IMG/VR virus record: IMGVR_UViG_3300033148_007360
Location: 1-64,000 of that record
Strand: one strand, 5' to 3'
DNA length: 64,000 bases
Origin: a virus
Shown: positions 1 to 8,282 of the stretch, piece after piece
Position numbering within the stretch: position 1 is the stretch's first letter
How the letters are laid out: the number at the start of each line of letters is the position of its first letter
The notes under the pieces: model-generated
Told to the model about the DNA's origin: nothing
Databases searched by the model: none
The model's input: only the letters and a program-made list of their open reading frames with translations
Position numbers and translations under genes: made by a program

Positions 1-534
1 CATCCAATACCCACGTGCGGTAGCAGGCGGGAGAATCCTACCCTTAGTTTCAAACGGAGGCGGATAAACATATCCCCAATAAGGAAAAACAGCAACACAA
101 TTCACTCCAAAGCTGCATCCTTCCCCGAAACTACAACCAGCCCCAAATCTGCAACCCGCCCCCAAGCCATCTCGTCCCCCAAAACCACAGCCTACCCCAA
201 AGTTACACCGTTTCCCGAAGTTACAACCAGCCCCGAAGCTGCACCGTTCCCCGAAGCAACAGTCTTCCCCGAAACTACACTCTTCCCAGAAGCTACACCA
301 GTTCCCGAAACTACATCTTTTCCCGAAGTTGCACTCTTCCCCGAAGCTACACTCTTCCCAGAAGCTACACCGGTCCCCGAAACTACATCTTTTCCCGAAG
401 GTGCACCACATCCCAAAATTACACCGTTCCGGGAAACTCTTTATCTCGGAATAATCTGTGAATCCCGGCAACTCCAAGATACCGTATTCGTTGCGCTCTA
501 ACCGCTCAAATTCTTCTTTAGTCATGCGTTTCAT
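1..534 (-). CDS. CSFG hexapeptide-repeat protein, copy 2 (3' truncated by window edge; absent from ORF track)
   Basis: Manual translation MKRMTKEEFERLERNEYGILELPGFTDYSEIKSFPER, then 18 hexapeptide units mostly C[SN]FGxx, then CVAVFPYWGYVYPPPFETKGRILPPATARGYWM; ATG overlaps the TAA of 534..1106. Confidence 0.9.
   Translation of the reverse strand, partial: MKRMTKEEFERLERNEYGILELPGFTDYSEIKSFPERCNFGMWCTFGKRCSFGDRCSFWEECSFGEECNFGKRCSFGNWCSFWEECSFGEDCCFGERCSFGAGCNFGKRCNFGVGCGFGGRDGLGAGCRFGAGCSFGEGCSFGVNCVAVFPYWGYVYPPPFETKGRILPPATARGYWM
100..423 (-). repeat. 18-bp degenerate coding tandem repeat, 18 units
   Basis: Consensus TGTAGCTTCGGGGAANNN on minus strand. Confidence 0.9.
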
Positions 535-1106
535 TATACCAAGCCTCCTTGCTCTTTCCACGATTCCAGAATCCGCTTTTCACATTCCGTCCAATTCCCC
601 TCGCTTAAAATCTTGTCTAGTAACGGAACCAACTCTCTTGCTATTGCATCATAGCAGCCTTTTTCGATAGACTTCAGACCCCAGGGGGCCAACTTTTCCA
701 TCCAATACCCACGTGCGGTAGCAGGCGGGAGAATCCTACCTTCAGTTTCAAACGGAGGCGGATAAACATATCCCCAATAAGGAAAAACAGCAACACAATT
801 CACTCCAAAGCTACACCAGCCCCCGAAGCTACACCATTTCCTAAAGTTACATCGTTCCCCGAAGCTGCACCGTTCCCCAAAACTGCACCATTCCCCGAAG
901 CTACACTCTTCCCCGAAGCTGCAACTATCTCCAAAGCTGCACCGTCCCCCGAAACTACACTCTTCCCCGAAACTACACTTTTCCCCAAAACTGCACCGTT
1001 CAGGGAAACTCGTAATCTCGGAATAATCTGTGAATCCCGGCAACTCTAAAACACCAAATTCGTTGCGCTCTAACCGCTCAAATTCTCCTTTAGTCATGCG
1101 TTTCAT
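534..1106 (-). CDS. CSFG hexapeptide-repeat protein, copy 1 (probable beta-helix/solenoid)
   Basis: 11 C[SN]F[GR]xx units; flanks nearly identical to the 1..534 copy. Confidence 0.9.
   Translation of the reverse strand: MKRMTKGEFERLERNEFGVLELPGFTDYSEITSFPERCSFGEKCSFGEECSFGGRCSFGDSCSFGEECSFGEWCSFGERCSFGERCNFRKWCSFGGWCSFGVNCVAVFPYWGYVYPPPFETEGRILPPATARGYWMEKLAPWGLKSIEKGCYDAIARELVPLLDKILSEGNWTECEKRILESWKEQGGLV
799..996 (-). repeat. 18-bp degenerate coding tandem repeat, 11 units
   Basis: Same unit as 100..423. Confidence 0.9.
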
Positions 1107-1132
1107 TGGACGGCCCTCAACTTTCGTTAAGA

Positions 1133-1201
1133 CTAAGGGGCCATTTCAAGCCCGTTCTTGTAAGCTTTCCGCCAAACTTCCAGCTTCTTTTCTTTTTTCA
1201 T
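1133..1201 (-). CDS. 22-aa leader peptide / truncated duplicate (MKKEKKLEVWRKAYKNGLEMAP)
   Basis: Strong SD (GGAGAGG) before the ATG; about 32 nt nearly identical to the 5' part of 1634..1927. Confidence 0.55.
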   Translation of the reverse strand: MKKEKKLEVWRKAYKNGLEMAP

Positions 1202-1226
1202 TTTTCCTCTCCTCTCCTTTCCTTTT

Positions 1227-1559
1227 TTATCCATTCCTGTTACAGGAGTCTGGGCCCTCATCGCCATCTTTTTCATTGATTGCAAACTTATAGAATGATT
1301 CGCGTTTCCCTTCCCACTTCCACGGCTCCATCTCATTGAAGGAAACGTCATAAAGTTCTTGCCCTTTTGTTTCCCAATTACATTTGGTGCACCAGACGAC
1401 AATTGGCGTCGTCCAGAAATCATGGGTTGTATCTGAATCTTCTTCAGCTTCATCAAATTCAAGAATGTAATCAAAGCACCCAATTTCCTCGCACTGGGGG
1501 CATACTACTGATTTCAAAAACCTATTGAAATCATCTTGCGTTTCAAGAAAAAATTCCAT
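1227..1559 (-). CDS. Hypothetical protein with two CxxC motifs (zinc ribbon-like)
   Basis: CPQC...CTKC; start moved to the ATG at 1559 behind the AAGGAGAGG SD. Confidence 0.75.
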   Translation of the reverse strand: MEFFLETQDDFNRFLKSVVCPQCEEIGCFDYILEFDEAEEDSDTTHDFWTTPIVVWCTKCNWETKGQELYDVSFNEMEPWKWEGKRESFYKFAINEKDGDEGPDSCNRNG

Positions 1560-1582
1560 TTTTCCTCTCCTTTCCTTTTTTT

Positions 1583-1615
1583 GCTCCAAAAGGGGAGAAT
1601 CGAACTCCCCGGAGC
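1583..1615 (-). other. tRNA T-arm-like hairpin (minihelix)
   Basis: GCTCC-GGGGAG-TTCGATT-CTCCCC-TTTT-GGAGC; no D or anticodon arm. Confidence 0.5.
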
Positions 1616-1633
1616 GCGCCAGCGGCGGGCGGA

Positions 1634-1927
1634 TTAGTCATCCTCAAATGGCCACCGGAACCCAGTTTCCTCTTCAGCCATTCTCCGGGCCTGTGCGGTT
1701 AACATGCAGTGCGTTCCATGTTCTCGCGTTCCCGGAACCTTATAGGCTTTTTCCTGCCGCCGGGTATCGCCCGAAGTGAGCCGACATTCCCGCTCAAACC
1801 GAGGTATTCCCAATACCCGTCTAGCCTTCTTGTAAGCTTTCCGCCAAACTTCCAACTTTTCCTTTGTCATTGTTTCATGCCTCCTTTCCTCTAACTGGTT
1901 TTTTACAACCTCTCTATATGTCTCCAT
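1634..1927 (-). CDS. Hypothetical protein (start may be 1870)
   Basis: ORF downstream of a sigma70 promoter; GGAGG upstream of 1870. Confidence 0.65.
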   Translation of the reverse strand: METYREVVKNQLEERRHETMTKEKLEVWRKAYKKARRVLGIPRFERECRLTSGDTRRQEKAYKVPGTREHGTHCMLTAQARRMAEEETGFRWPFEDD

Positions 1928-1934
1928 CCTTCAT

Positions 1935-1962
1935 ATCATAGCACACTTTTCATAGTTGTCAA
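1935..1962 (-). promoter_or_regulatory. sigma70-type promoter
   Basis: TTGACA-16-TATGAT with TGTG extension. Confidence 0.75.
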
Positions 1963-2453
1963 GGGGTTGCACTAACTTTTTTCGATTTTCCACCCCGCAT
2001 GTACTTCGGCACCCCATGCCTGCTGCGTATCTGGCGAACTCGCTCCCGCGACAATCCGACTACACGCCCAATCTCGGCATCAGGCATTCTTCCCAAGTTA
2101 TCCATCATGAACTTTCTAGCCGATTCCGACAACTTTGAACCTGTACCCTCTGCACAACCGCGTAAACCCCTTATCCCCAACTTACACCTGAGTCTCTGAA
2201 CTGTTCTTCTAGACTTGCCAAACATCGCGGAAACTTCCTGATCCATATCACAGACCGAAACCCCTCCCTCGTACATCTCTAATATCATCTTTTCAAGATA
2301 CAGATTCTTGTTTGGCCGTAACCCTCTGCGGCGTCGCTCTTCAGTCACCCACGCACCGCTTACACCACACACTCTAGCCAAGTCGGAATTAGACATGGCA
2401 ATCAAGTCTTCATCGGTTAGACGTTTCAGTGCCTCTCTCTTTACCTTCGCCAT
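1959..2453 (-). CDS. Multi-HTH DNA-binding protein with sigma region-4-like C-terminus
   Basis: NSDLARVCGVS..., DAEIGRVVGLSRERVRQI. Confidence 0.7.
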   Translation of the reverse strand: MAKVKREALKRLTDEDLIAMSNSDLARVCGVSGAWVTEERRRRGLRPNKNLYLEKMILEMYEGGVSVCDMDQEVSAMFGKSRRTVQRLRCKLGIRGLRGCAEGTGSKLSESARKFMMDNLGRMPDAEIGRVVGLSRERVRQIRSRHGVPKYMRGGKSKKVSATP

Positions 2454-2498
2454 AAAATCACCTCACTCCCGTCTTTTCCTGTTCTTCTTGTGATTCAA

Positions 2499-2789
2499 TT
2501 ACACATTAAGCCATTTCTTCATTCTTCTGAGATGCATACGGACATTTGCTGTATCGGAATGCCGTTTAGCGTTGCTGTGATATTCTGACTTTGCTATATT
2601 GCAACAAAATAAATACGAGGGGGAACGAAGTAAACCTAAATGTTTAGAGTATTCAAAGCAAATGCACTCATCACAATTACCGTTTGCCTCTAAGCAAAGT
2701 TCACATTTATCAGCATCAGTGAAATATTCATCTTGCTTAAGGCACCGGTCAATGGCGCATAACCACCTTTGTTTTTCTTTCTTATTCAC
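2499..2789 (-). CDS. Cys-rich hypothetical protein
   Basis: CELC...CDECIC; SD GGAGGT. Confidence 0.7.
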   Translation of the reverse strand: MNKKEKQRWLCAIDRCLKQDEYFTDADKCELCLEANGNCDECICFEYSKHLGLLRSPSYLFCCNIAKSEYHSNAKRHSDTANVRMHLRRMKKWLNV

Positions 2790-2820
2790 CCTCTACCTCC
2801 TTTGATACTTTTCAGATACA

Positions 2821-3012
2821 TCAATCCCTCCCACGCTCTCTAACGAATTTCTCCCTAATCTTGCTCAAGTGGTCAAAATAGCCACACTTAGGACACATCA
2901 CATTCCACCTTGATGCTTTGTGCTCAAAACGACAACCGCATTGGCATATTAATATCAGAACGTTCACACGTTCAGTCCAATACGCGTCAAGGATTTTTAT
3001 CCCGTCCGTCAC
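2821..3012 (-). CDS. Small zinc-ribbon protein
   Basis: CQCG...CPKCG. Confidence 0.7.
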   Translation of the reverse strand: MTDGIKILDAYWTERVNVLILICQCGCRFEHKASRWNVMCPKCGYFDHLSKIREKFVRERGRD

Positions 3013-3107
3013 TCATTCCTCCTTCCATTTTTCCTCTTGAAGAATTCAACGAATTTTCCGCGAACCCCGTGGCGATTACTCGCCTTCCGCTTAGTTAGCA
3101 TCATCAT
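3009..3107 (-). CDS. 32-aa basic peptide (MMMLTKRKASNRHGVRGKFVEFFKRKNGRRNE)
   Basis: ATGA overlap with the upstream gene and GTGA overlap with the downstream gene. Confidence 0.5.
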   Translation of the reverse strand: MMMLTKRKASNRHGVRGKFVEFFKRKNGRRNE

Positions 3108-3439
3108 TCATCCCCCTCCTCTATCATCAACAACCCAGCATCCCGCATGGCCGCATAAAATTCAAGGCACACTGCACTAAAAGTATCATGCGAAAACGTA
3201 ACCTGCCCATCATCTTCAAGGATGGAGTGGTGATGCCGCAGTATAATTTCCAGAACTTCATGAATAAGAAACATGACTTTCCGCTCTGAATCCAAATTCT
3301 TATCAATCCAAATCTCGTTCCTCTTCAAGTGATAAGCACCCCCGGCAGCCTCGTAGCCGTTCAATTCATCATTCCAGGGACAGCCGTCAGACGCAATAAC
3401 ACGAAACCTTCGACCTAATATGTTAACACAATCAACCAT
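3104..3439 (-). CDS. ImmA/IrrE-like zinc metallopeptidase-fold protein
   Basis: EIWIDKNL...FLIHEVLE (HExxE variant); start MVDCVNILG. Confidence 0.6.
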   Translation of the reverse strand: MVDCVNILGRRFRVIASDGCPWNDELNGYEAAGGAYHLKRNEIWIDKNLDSERKVMFLIHEVLEIILRHHHSILEDDGQVTFSHDTFSAVCLEFYAAMRDAGLLMIEEGDE

Positions 3440-3440
3440 T

Positions 3441-4343
3441 TCACCTTGTTGAAGAATCCCCGCTCTCCCTCCTGACAACATACTCATAAAGAACCTCTGG
3501 CAGTTCATAATCATCATCCTCCAGAGGGAATGGGTTGATAAATCCCTCGATACTCCCGGAAATAAGAGTATCATCCTGAGACCACACATCCCTGACTCCA
3601 AACCTCAACCTATGACCTTCATTCCCAGCGAAAGTATTCACAGAACGGAGTTTGCCCCTCGCAAGAACATCTTCCTCCCAAATAGACGGGATGGCAATAC
3701 ATGCTATATGCCCCAAACGCAAGTAATTTCCCCGACTACCCTTGTACTGCCAAAGGATCGCATTCCCAGGAAAAAACGCCTCACTGGACAACGTATCAAC
3801 CGGATAAAAGTATCCACGCCCCAGCGCCCATTGAAATACATCCCATGTACTCCCCCGTTGATGAAGCCCCTGCAAATCCACACCTGCTTGCTGCCAAACC
3901 TTCGTCAAACAAAAAGCACACCATGGAGCACCCCTCCACCCACCAAACCATGGTATACCATCCCCCCAATTCGACCCAATCGGGATTTCCCTGATATTTT
4001 GAGAATGCAATTGAACAAATATCTCAAGAGTCCGTCTCCGCCTTGCCGGAAGATTCGGCAATATCTTATCGGAAAGAACCGACTCCGTAGGAAGGTATTG
4101 CCTCTCGGTCGGGTGATTTAACGCCCACCAAGTCTCCGGCCCCACGATACCGTCCACAGCCAAATACCCCCCATCCCTGCCTATGTACCGAGTCTGTGCG
4201 GTCTCTACAGCAGCTTTTGTGAGATCACCATAGTAACCCGTAATAGGGCCTGTATAAACCCCAAGCGCGTGCAGGCGCTTTTGGATGTCTTTGACCCCCT
4301 GCCCTCTGGCACCCGGTTCCAGTATTGATACCCCATCACTCAT
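3441..4343 (-). CDS. Endolysin: peptidoglycan-binding domain + CHAP amidase
   Basis: GARGQGVKDIQKRL...VDGIVGPETW; PWCAF...GHIA...GNEG. Confidence 0.88.
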   Translation of the reverse strand: MSDGVSILEPGARGQGVKDIQKRLHALGVYTGPITGYYGDLTKAAVETAQTRYIGRDGGYLAVDGIVGPETWWALNHPTERQYLPTESVLSDKILPNLPARRRRTLEIFVQLHSQNIREIPIGSNWGDGIPWFGGWRGAPWCAFCLTKVWQQAGVDLQGLHQRGSTWDVFQWALGRGYFYPVDTLSSEAFFPGNAILWQYKGSRGNYLRLGHIACIAIPSIWEEDVLARGKLRSVNTFAGNEGHRLRFGVRDVWSQDDTLISGSIEGFINPFPLEDDDYELPEVLYEYVVRRESGDSSTR

Positions 4344-4545
4344 AAACTACCTCTCCTGCATCCCGCTGACGGTATAACTGCCGATTGTACGCCCTCAAAT
4401 ACTCGACAAAGCGTGGGAAATCCAACTTGGTTTCACAGGACATGTACTCGATGCAATAGTGTTTATCCCGGCACCTATCACACCTTCCTGTCTCCTCTAA
4501 CTCCCTGCGGCTCCGACCGCAAGGAAACCGCTCCGTACCATCCAT
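4336..4545 (-). CDS. Small Cys4 protein
   Basis: C-x12-CxxC-x5-C; follows a promoter. Confidence 0.65.
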   Translation of the reverse strand: MDGTERFPCGRSRRELEETGRCDRCRDKHYCIEYMSCETKLDFPRFVEYLRAYNRQLYRQRDAGEVVYE

Positions 4546-4581
4546 CCTGCATCCTCCCTTCTATCTACTACAGTTACTACT

Positions 4582-4610
4582 AATTTAACATAAAAATTCT
4601 CCTATGTCAA
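4582..4610 (-). promoter_or_regulatory. sigma70-type promoter
   Basis: TTGACA-17-TAAATT. Confidence 0.7.
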
Positions 4611-4626
4611 CCCCCAAATGAAAAAA

Positions 4627-5202
4627 TTAGATACCGGAACCAGACGCTCCCCTTGCATTCACAGAATCAACATGCCCATATTCCACCAACAAACAGTAGC
4701 CCATCAAGCAGTAATTCACTATATCAATGATTCTCTCCTCCACCGTCTCCGAATGCAAGTTCCTCTCACTAAACCAGAAACTCAGCGCCCTCCACTGCTT
4801 ACATAGAAAAATATACAGCACGTCAAACTGGTCTACACCACGAGTAGCTAATGAAGCTTCTATCTCCTTGAAAGCCAATAGAGTATCCTCATCTACAGAG
4901 TAGTCCCTCCCCTTTCGGGTTAGGATTGGAATACACCTCCGCGTAAAAAACCCATGAACTAGAGACAACGCATCCTCTGTATCCTCCACCGGTGATATAT
5001 GCCCGACAGCAACCAGCCCTAAATACAATTCAAAAACTCTAGTTAGAAAATCACCTATAACATCCCGCATACTTCCAATGGCTTTCACCCTGAAACCACC
5101 TATAGTGCCACGAAAATCCGTCACGTGGTACCCCCGAAAATTCTCCAGAACTTGATCGTGCATCAAATCCCACATCAATCTTTTTGCAGTATCAATATCC
5201 AT
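4627..5202 (-). CDS. Hypothetical protein, C-terminus resembles Nmad1/DUF1599 (all-alpha NTP-pyrophosphatase-like)
   Basis: ETVEERIIDIVNYCLM motif. Confidence 0.5.
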   Translation of the reverse strand: MDIDTAKRLMWDLMHDQVLENFRGYHVTDFRGTIGGFRVKAIGSMRDVIGDFLTRVFELYLGLVAVGHISPVEDTEDALSLVHGFFTRRCIPILTRKGRDYSVDEDTLLAFKEIEASLATRGVDQFDVLYIFLCKQWRALSFWFSERNLHSETVEERIIDIVNYCLMGYCLLVEYGHVDSVNARGASGSGI

Positions 5203-5210
5203 CAAAAATA

Positions 5211-5312
5211 CCCCCAGAACGTTCATATTTCAATTCTAAGGCGTTTTTTATTTTTTAAGGGGGTAGACCCCTTAGAAACCCCTCTGAAGCCACACACGGC
5301 GAATATGGGCTT
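5211..5312. repeat. Dispersed ~110-bp imperfect palindrome, copy A
   Basis: catatttcaattctaaggcgttttt...taagggg gtaga cccctta...gaatatgggc. Confidence 0.85.
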
Positions 5313-5835
5313 AGTGGATAGTATCATTACCTCTACCAAGAAACCCCCCACGCAAAAAAGCCCCCACATGACATTCATCATCATCATCATCGCCCTCAAG
5401 ACCCGAAACTATCCCATGAAGAATCGCCCTTACGATCTCCTCACCGGTCACCCTCACCTTACCAGAAATCGGCGCAACCTCGCACGCTTTGGCAACTGCA
5501 AGGTACGTAAGAACAATTAAAATCCACGCATCCTTCTTATCTTCAAGTTCCAGATTCCCCCCACCCCTCATCCTCTCCATAATCCCAACCCATAAGCAAT
5601 TATCTGCACCCTTGCAATCACTGCAATTCCCTTCACACGGATTACAGGCAGCCTGCCGCGCTACGAAATCAATAACTTCACCATCCCTCTGTATAACCTC
5701 TGGAGGAACTATCCGACGTATCTCCGCAATATTCTTCGCCACAAGCCCCTCCAAACAATACATTATTACACCTGCCGCACCAATGACAGAGATATCTCTA
5801 TATAACTTTTTCTCACCTTCCATCACCTTGCTCAA
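5311..5835 (-). CDS. Hypothetical Cys-rich protein
   Basis: CNPCEGNCSDCKGADNC. Confidence 0.7.
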   Translation of the reverse strand: MSKVMEGEKKLYRDISVIGAAGVIMYCLEGLVAKNIAEIRRIVPPEVIQRDGEVIDFVARQAACNPCEGNCSDCKGADNCLWVGIMERMRGGGNLELEDKKDAWILIVLTYLAVAKACEVAPISGKVRVTGEEIVRAILHGIVSGLEGDDDDDECHVGAFLRGGFLGRGNDTIH

Positions 5836-5845
5836 CCCCCTTCTT

Positions 5846-5907
5846 AAAAAATCGCTGAGGGTGTCGGCACCACTAAAATCCCCTCTCGCATCCCAACACC
5901 CTCAGCG
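5846..5907 (-). terminator. Putative intrinsic terminator (long loop)
   Basis: 12-bp inverted repeat cgctgagggtgt/acaccctcagcg followed by a T-run on the minus strand, just after the DUF932 stop. Confidence 0.55.
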
Positions 5908-5918
5908 GGAGCAAGAAC

Positions 5919-6893
5919 CTAAGCAGCCAACCTCTGACCCTGCACCAAGATATTGCCAGCAAAGTTGTCAATCAGATGCCGTCGCTCCGGGGACTCCTTT
6001 TGAGACTCCCTGGTCAACCGGTCAACAAAGTCGTAAACGGACGGAGATCCCATGTCACCTTCCAGCCCCGACCTCAATTCTTCCACATACCCCTTACCCA
6101 GTTCATGCTGAGCACGCACCCACAGATTCTCATCCACACCTCGATTGGATGCTTGGATAACTGCATTTTGCAATGACTCTGCGGCGCTCGGGAGTTGTGC
6201 AGCCACTTCCGAAGTACGGAGCCGGAGGTCATTAACGAGAGCATATGGCGATCCCCTGTGACCCACATGCTTCCTCTTCATCCCGAATGAAGCCACAGTA
6301 ACTGTAGCCCCATTCGTGCAGACCTCTCGAAAAAGACCGATGGCAAGAAGCACCGACGCCTTACCGACCTCGGAATTGATCGCCGTAAAGCCAACATAAT
6401 GAGGGTCGGATGGCCCCTCCACCTCAAACTTCGGGAAGTGCCCCTTCAACAAAAGCAGGTCTTCGCTGAGAGAAGCCTGGTCAAAAACCAGCCCCAAACT
6501 CTCAACAGCAGTGAACAGTTGCGGAACGAAGTCGGCGTTATTGTACACGGCATACCTGTCCGACAACACCGCTCGGATAGTTCTCACATCATCCCGCAGC
6601 CGGAACAGGGCCGACTTGTCCTCCTTCTGAATCCTTCCCAACCAATAATCCACATTCTGGTGGAGAAGATGAGGAGGACACCTCTTTGCGTAGTTCGTCG
6701 GGATCCCCAGCTTACCAAAAAACTGCTGGGCACCGGTTTCAGTAAGGGAATACCTCTCCCCCGAGAGATTTACTTGAAGACTCCCCCCGGATTCCGAGGG
6801 GGGAACAACCTCAACTTCCTTCCACGGAACAAGTTCGTCCCGCTTTCCCTTGTCATCTTCCTCAATCCTTTCTAAAATCTCCTGTCTTTCCAT
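5919..6893 (-). CDS. DUF932-family phage/plasmid protein
   Basis: RAVLSDRY, NSEVG, FREVCTNG motifs. Confidence 0.8.
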   Translation of the reverse strand: MERQEILERIEEDDKGKRDELVPWKEVEVVPPSESGGSLQVNLSGERYSLTETGAQQFFGKLGIPTNYAKRCPPHLLHQNVDYWLGRIQKEDKSALFRLRDDVRTIRAVLSDRYAVYNNADFVPQLFTAVESLGLVFDQASLSEDLLLLKGHFPKFEVEGPSDPHYVGFTAINSEVGKASVLLAIGLFREVCTNGATVTVASFGMKRKHVGHRGSPYALVNDLRLRTSEVAAQLPSAAESLQNAVIQASNRGVDENLWVRAQHELGKGYVEELRSGLEGDMGSPSVYDFVDRLTRESQKESPERRHLIDNFAGNILVQGQRLAA

Positions 6894-6940
6894 ACCTCTC
6901 TCCTTTCGGTTATGAATTAGTTGGCCCTCATTACGGTAAT

Positions 6941-6969
6941 AAAATACCACATAATTCTCGCCCTGTCAA
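6941..6969 (-). promoter_or_regulatory. sigma70-type promoter
   Basis: TTGACA-17-TATTTT with TGTG. Confidence 0.65.
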
Positions 6970-6987
6970 TAGGGTAGAGAATTTTCT

Positions 6988-7476
6988 TTACTGGCACCGC
7001 ATCCTCTCCAACTGAAACTTGACTGAAACCGCAGACTTACCGGAAGAAACAATTTGAGGCTTTACATAATATTTGGACAGGGTTTTCCCCAGCGCCTCCG
7101 AAACCGCCTCCCCGTAATCCATTCCTGCCGCCAGAGCACAGCTCATCTCTGCCTTTACGTCCCCATTAAAACCCAACGGTAGGGCCACCGTAATCGTGTC
7201 TCCGAGAGGATAATTGAAACCATTACCAATAAACTTGTATTTCCTTTTCGGCCCTGACCGGAAATTACCACGCTCATCAGATTCCGGTACTACAAGACCA
7301 CGCCTTATCAAGCCTGTAATGACAGAATACTTCCGTGGATTCGGATGATGCCCCGGAACTTTCTGCTCAATAATTCTCCCAACGTGCCTCGCAGTAAATA
7401 CTTCACCCTGTTTCAAACTTTCTACTACAGCAGATAAGCACTGTCTATGTACTTCATTTTTTCGCTTGGACACCAT
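6988..7476 (-). CDS. Hypothetical protein (possible winged helix)
   Basis: SD GGAGGT; basic N-terminal half. Confidence 0.6.
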   Translation of the reverse strand: MVSKRKNEVHRQCLSAVVESLKQGEVFTARHVGRIIEQKVPGHHPNPRKYSVITGLIRRGLVVPESDERGNFRSGPKRKYKFIGNGFNYPLGDTITVALPLGFNGDVKAEMSCALAAGMDYGEAVSEALGKTLSKYYVKPQIVSSGKSAVSVKFQLERMRCQ

Positions 7477-7496
7477 TCCCACACCTCCCGTAGGGA

Positions 7497-8270
7497 TTAA
7501 GTTGAAAATATCAACATCGGAACTTCCATCACCTTCTCGTGATAAAATCCATGCAACCACCTACCATCCTCACCCCACGCATCGCCATGATCGGAACACA
7601 TAACAACCTCCGAGTCTTTTACACAGTCCAGAAGTCTCATAACAACACCTTCAAGGTGCTCCAAACACTTTGCTTGGCGGATAAAACACGCATTGTAATC
7701 TCCAACTGGGTCTCCGTCATATCCACATTCACTGAATACATACGGATGGTGTGTCTCGGAAAAATTTATAAACAAAAAATAAGGACTATCCGAATCTGTA
7801 ATTTCACGAGCAGCCCATTTAACTTGTTTAGCCGCCGGACGCTGGGATGGATGCAAAAAATAAAAGTGGTCAAAAAGACCGGTAAAAACACTCCCCCCTA
7901 TAGTCTCAGGATTAAACCAATTCACGCCACCACTACCCAAAGTCCTGTATCCCAATTCAGAAAACCCCTGTGGAACAGTAAAAGCACGCAAGTTATACTT
8001 AGCCACAGCTTTACTTTCTGGTGTACGAACCCCCCACAACCTTTTACCCCTGCCACCCTTTACCCTTCTTGCCGCAGTATCATAAAACGAAGATCCGTCA
8101 TCTGTCTGAGGAAGCCGACCCGTAAAAAACGACCAATGCGCAGGGTAGGTGTAAGTTCCCTGTGTATAAGCTCGCTTCCACTCTCCCAACCCCTTCAACC
8201 GAGGAACACGCGCAGCCTCGAAAACATCCCACCGCAGAGAATCAAAAACTATAAATACTTGATTTTTCAT
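7497..8270 (-). CDS. Sulfatase/alkaline-phosphatase superfamily hydrolase or phosphotransferase
   Basis: IVFDSLRWD, YTYPAH (Thr nucleophile position), ETHHPY, SDHG, HG. Confidence 0.85.
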   Translation of the reverse strand: MKNQVFIVFDSLRWDVFEAARVPRLKGLGEWKRAYTQGTYTYPAHWSFFTGRLPQTDDGSSFYDTAARRVKGGRGKRLWGVRTPESKAVAKYNLRAFTVPQGFSELGYRTLGSGGVNWFNPETIGGSVFTGLFDHFYFLHPSQRPAAKQVKWAAREITDSDSPYFLFINFSETHHPYVFSECGYDGDPVGDYNACFIRQAKCLEHLEGVVMRLLDCVKDSEVVMCSDHGDAWGEDGRWLHGFYHEKVMEVPMLIFST

Positions 8271-8282
8271 TTCCCTGCCATC

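Noticed and set aside
100-996. 18-bp repeats as a CRISPR array or DGR template/variable pair
   Set aside because: The units are contiguous and in-frame with no spacers; differences are not adenine-specific; no reverse transcriptase or cas gene lies in the window
1560-1640. Complete tRNA gene
   Set aside because: Only a T-arm is present; no D arm, anticodon arm or CCA end
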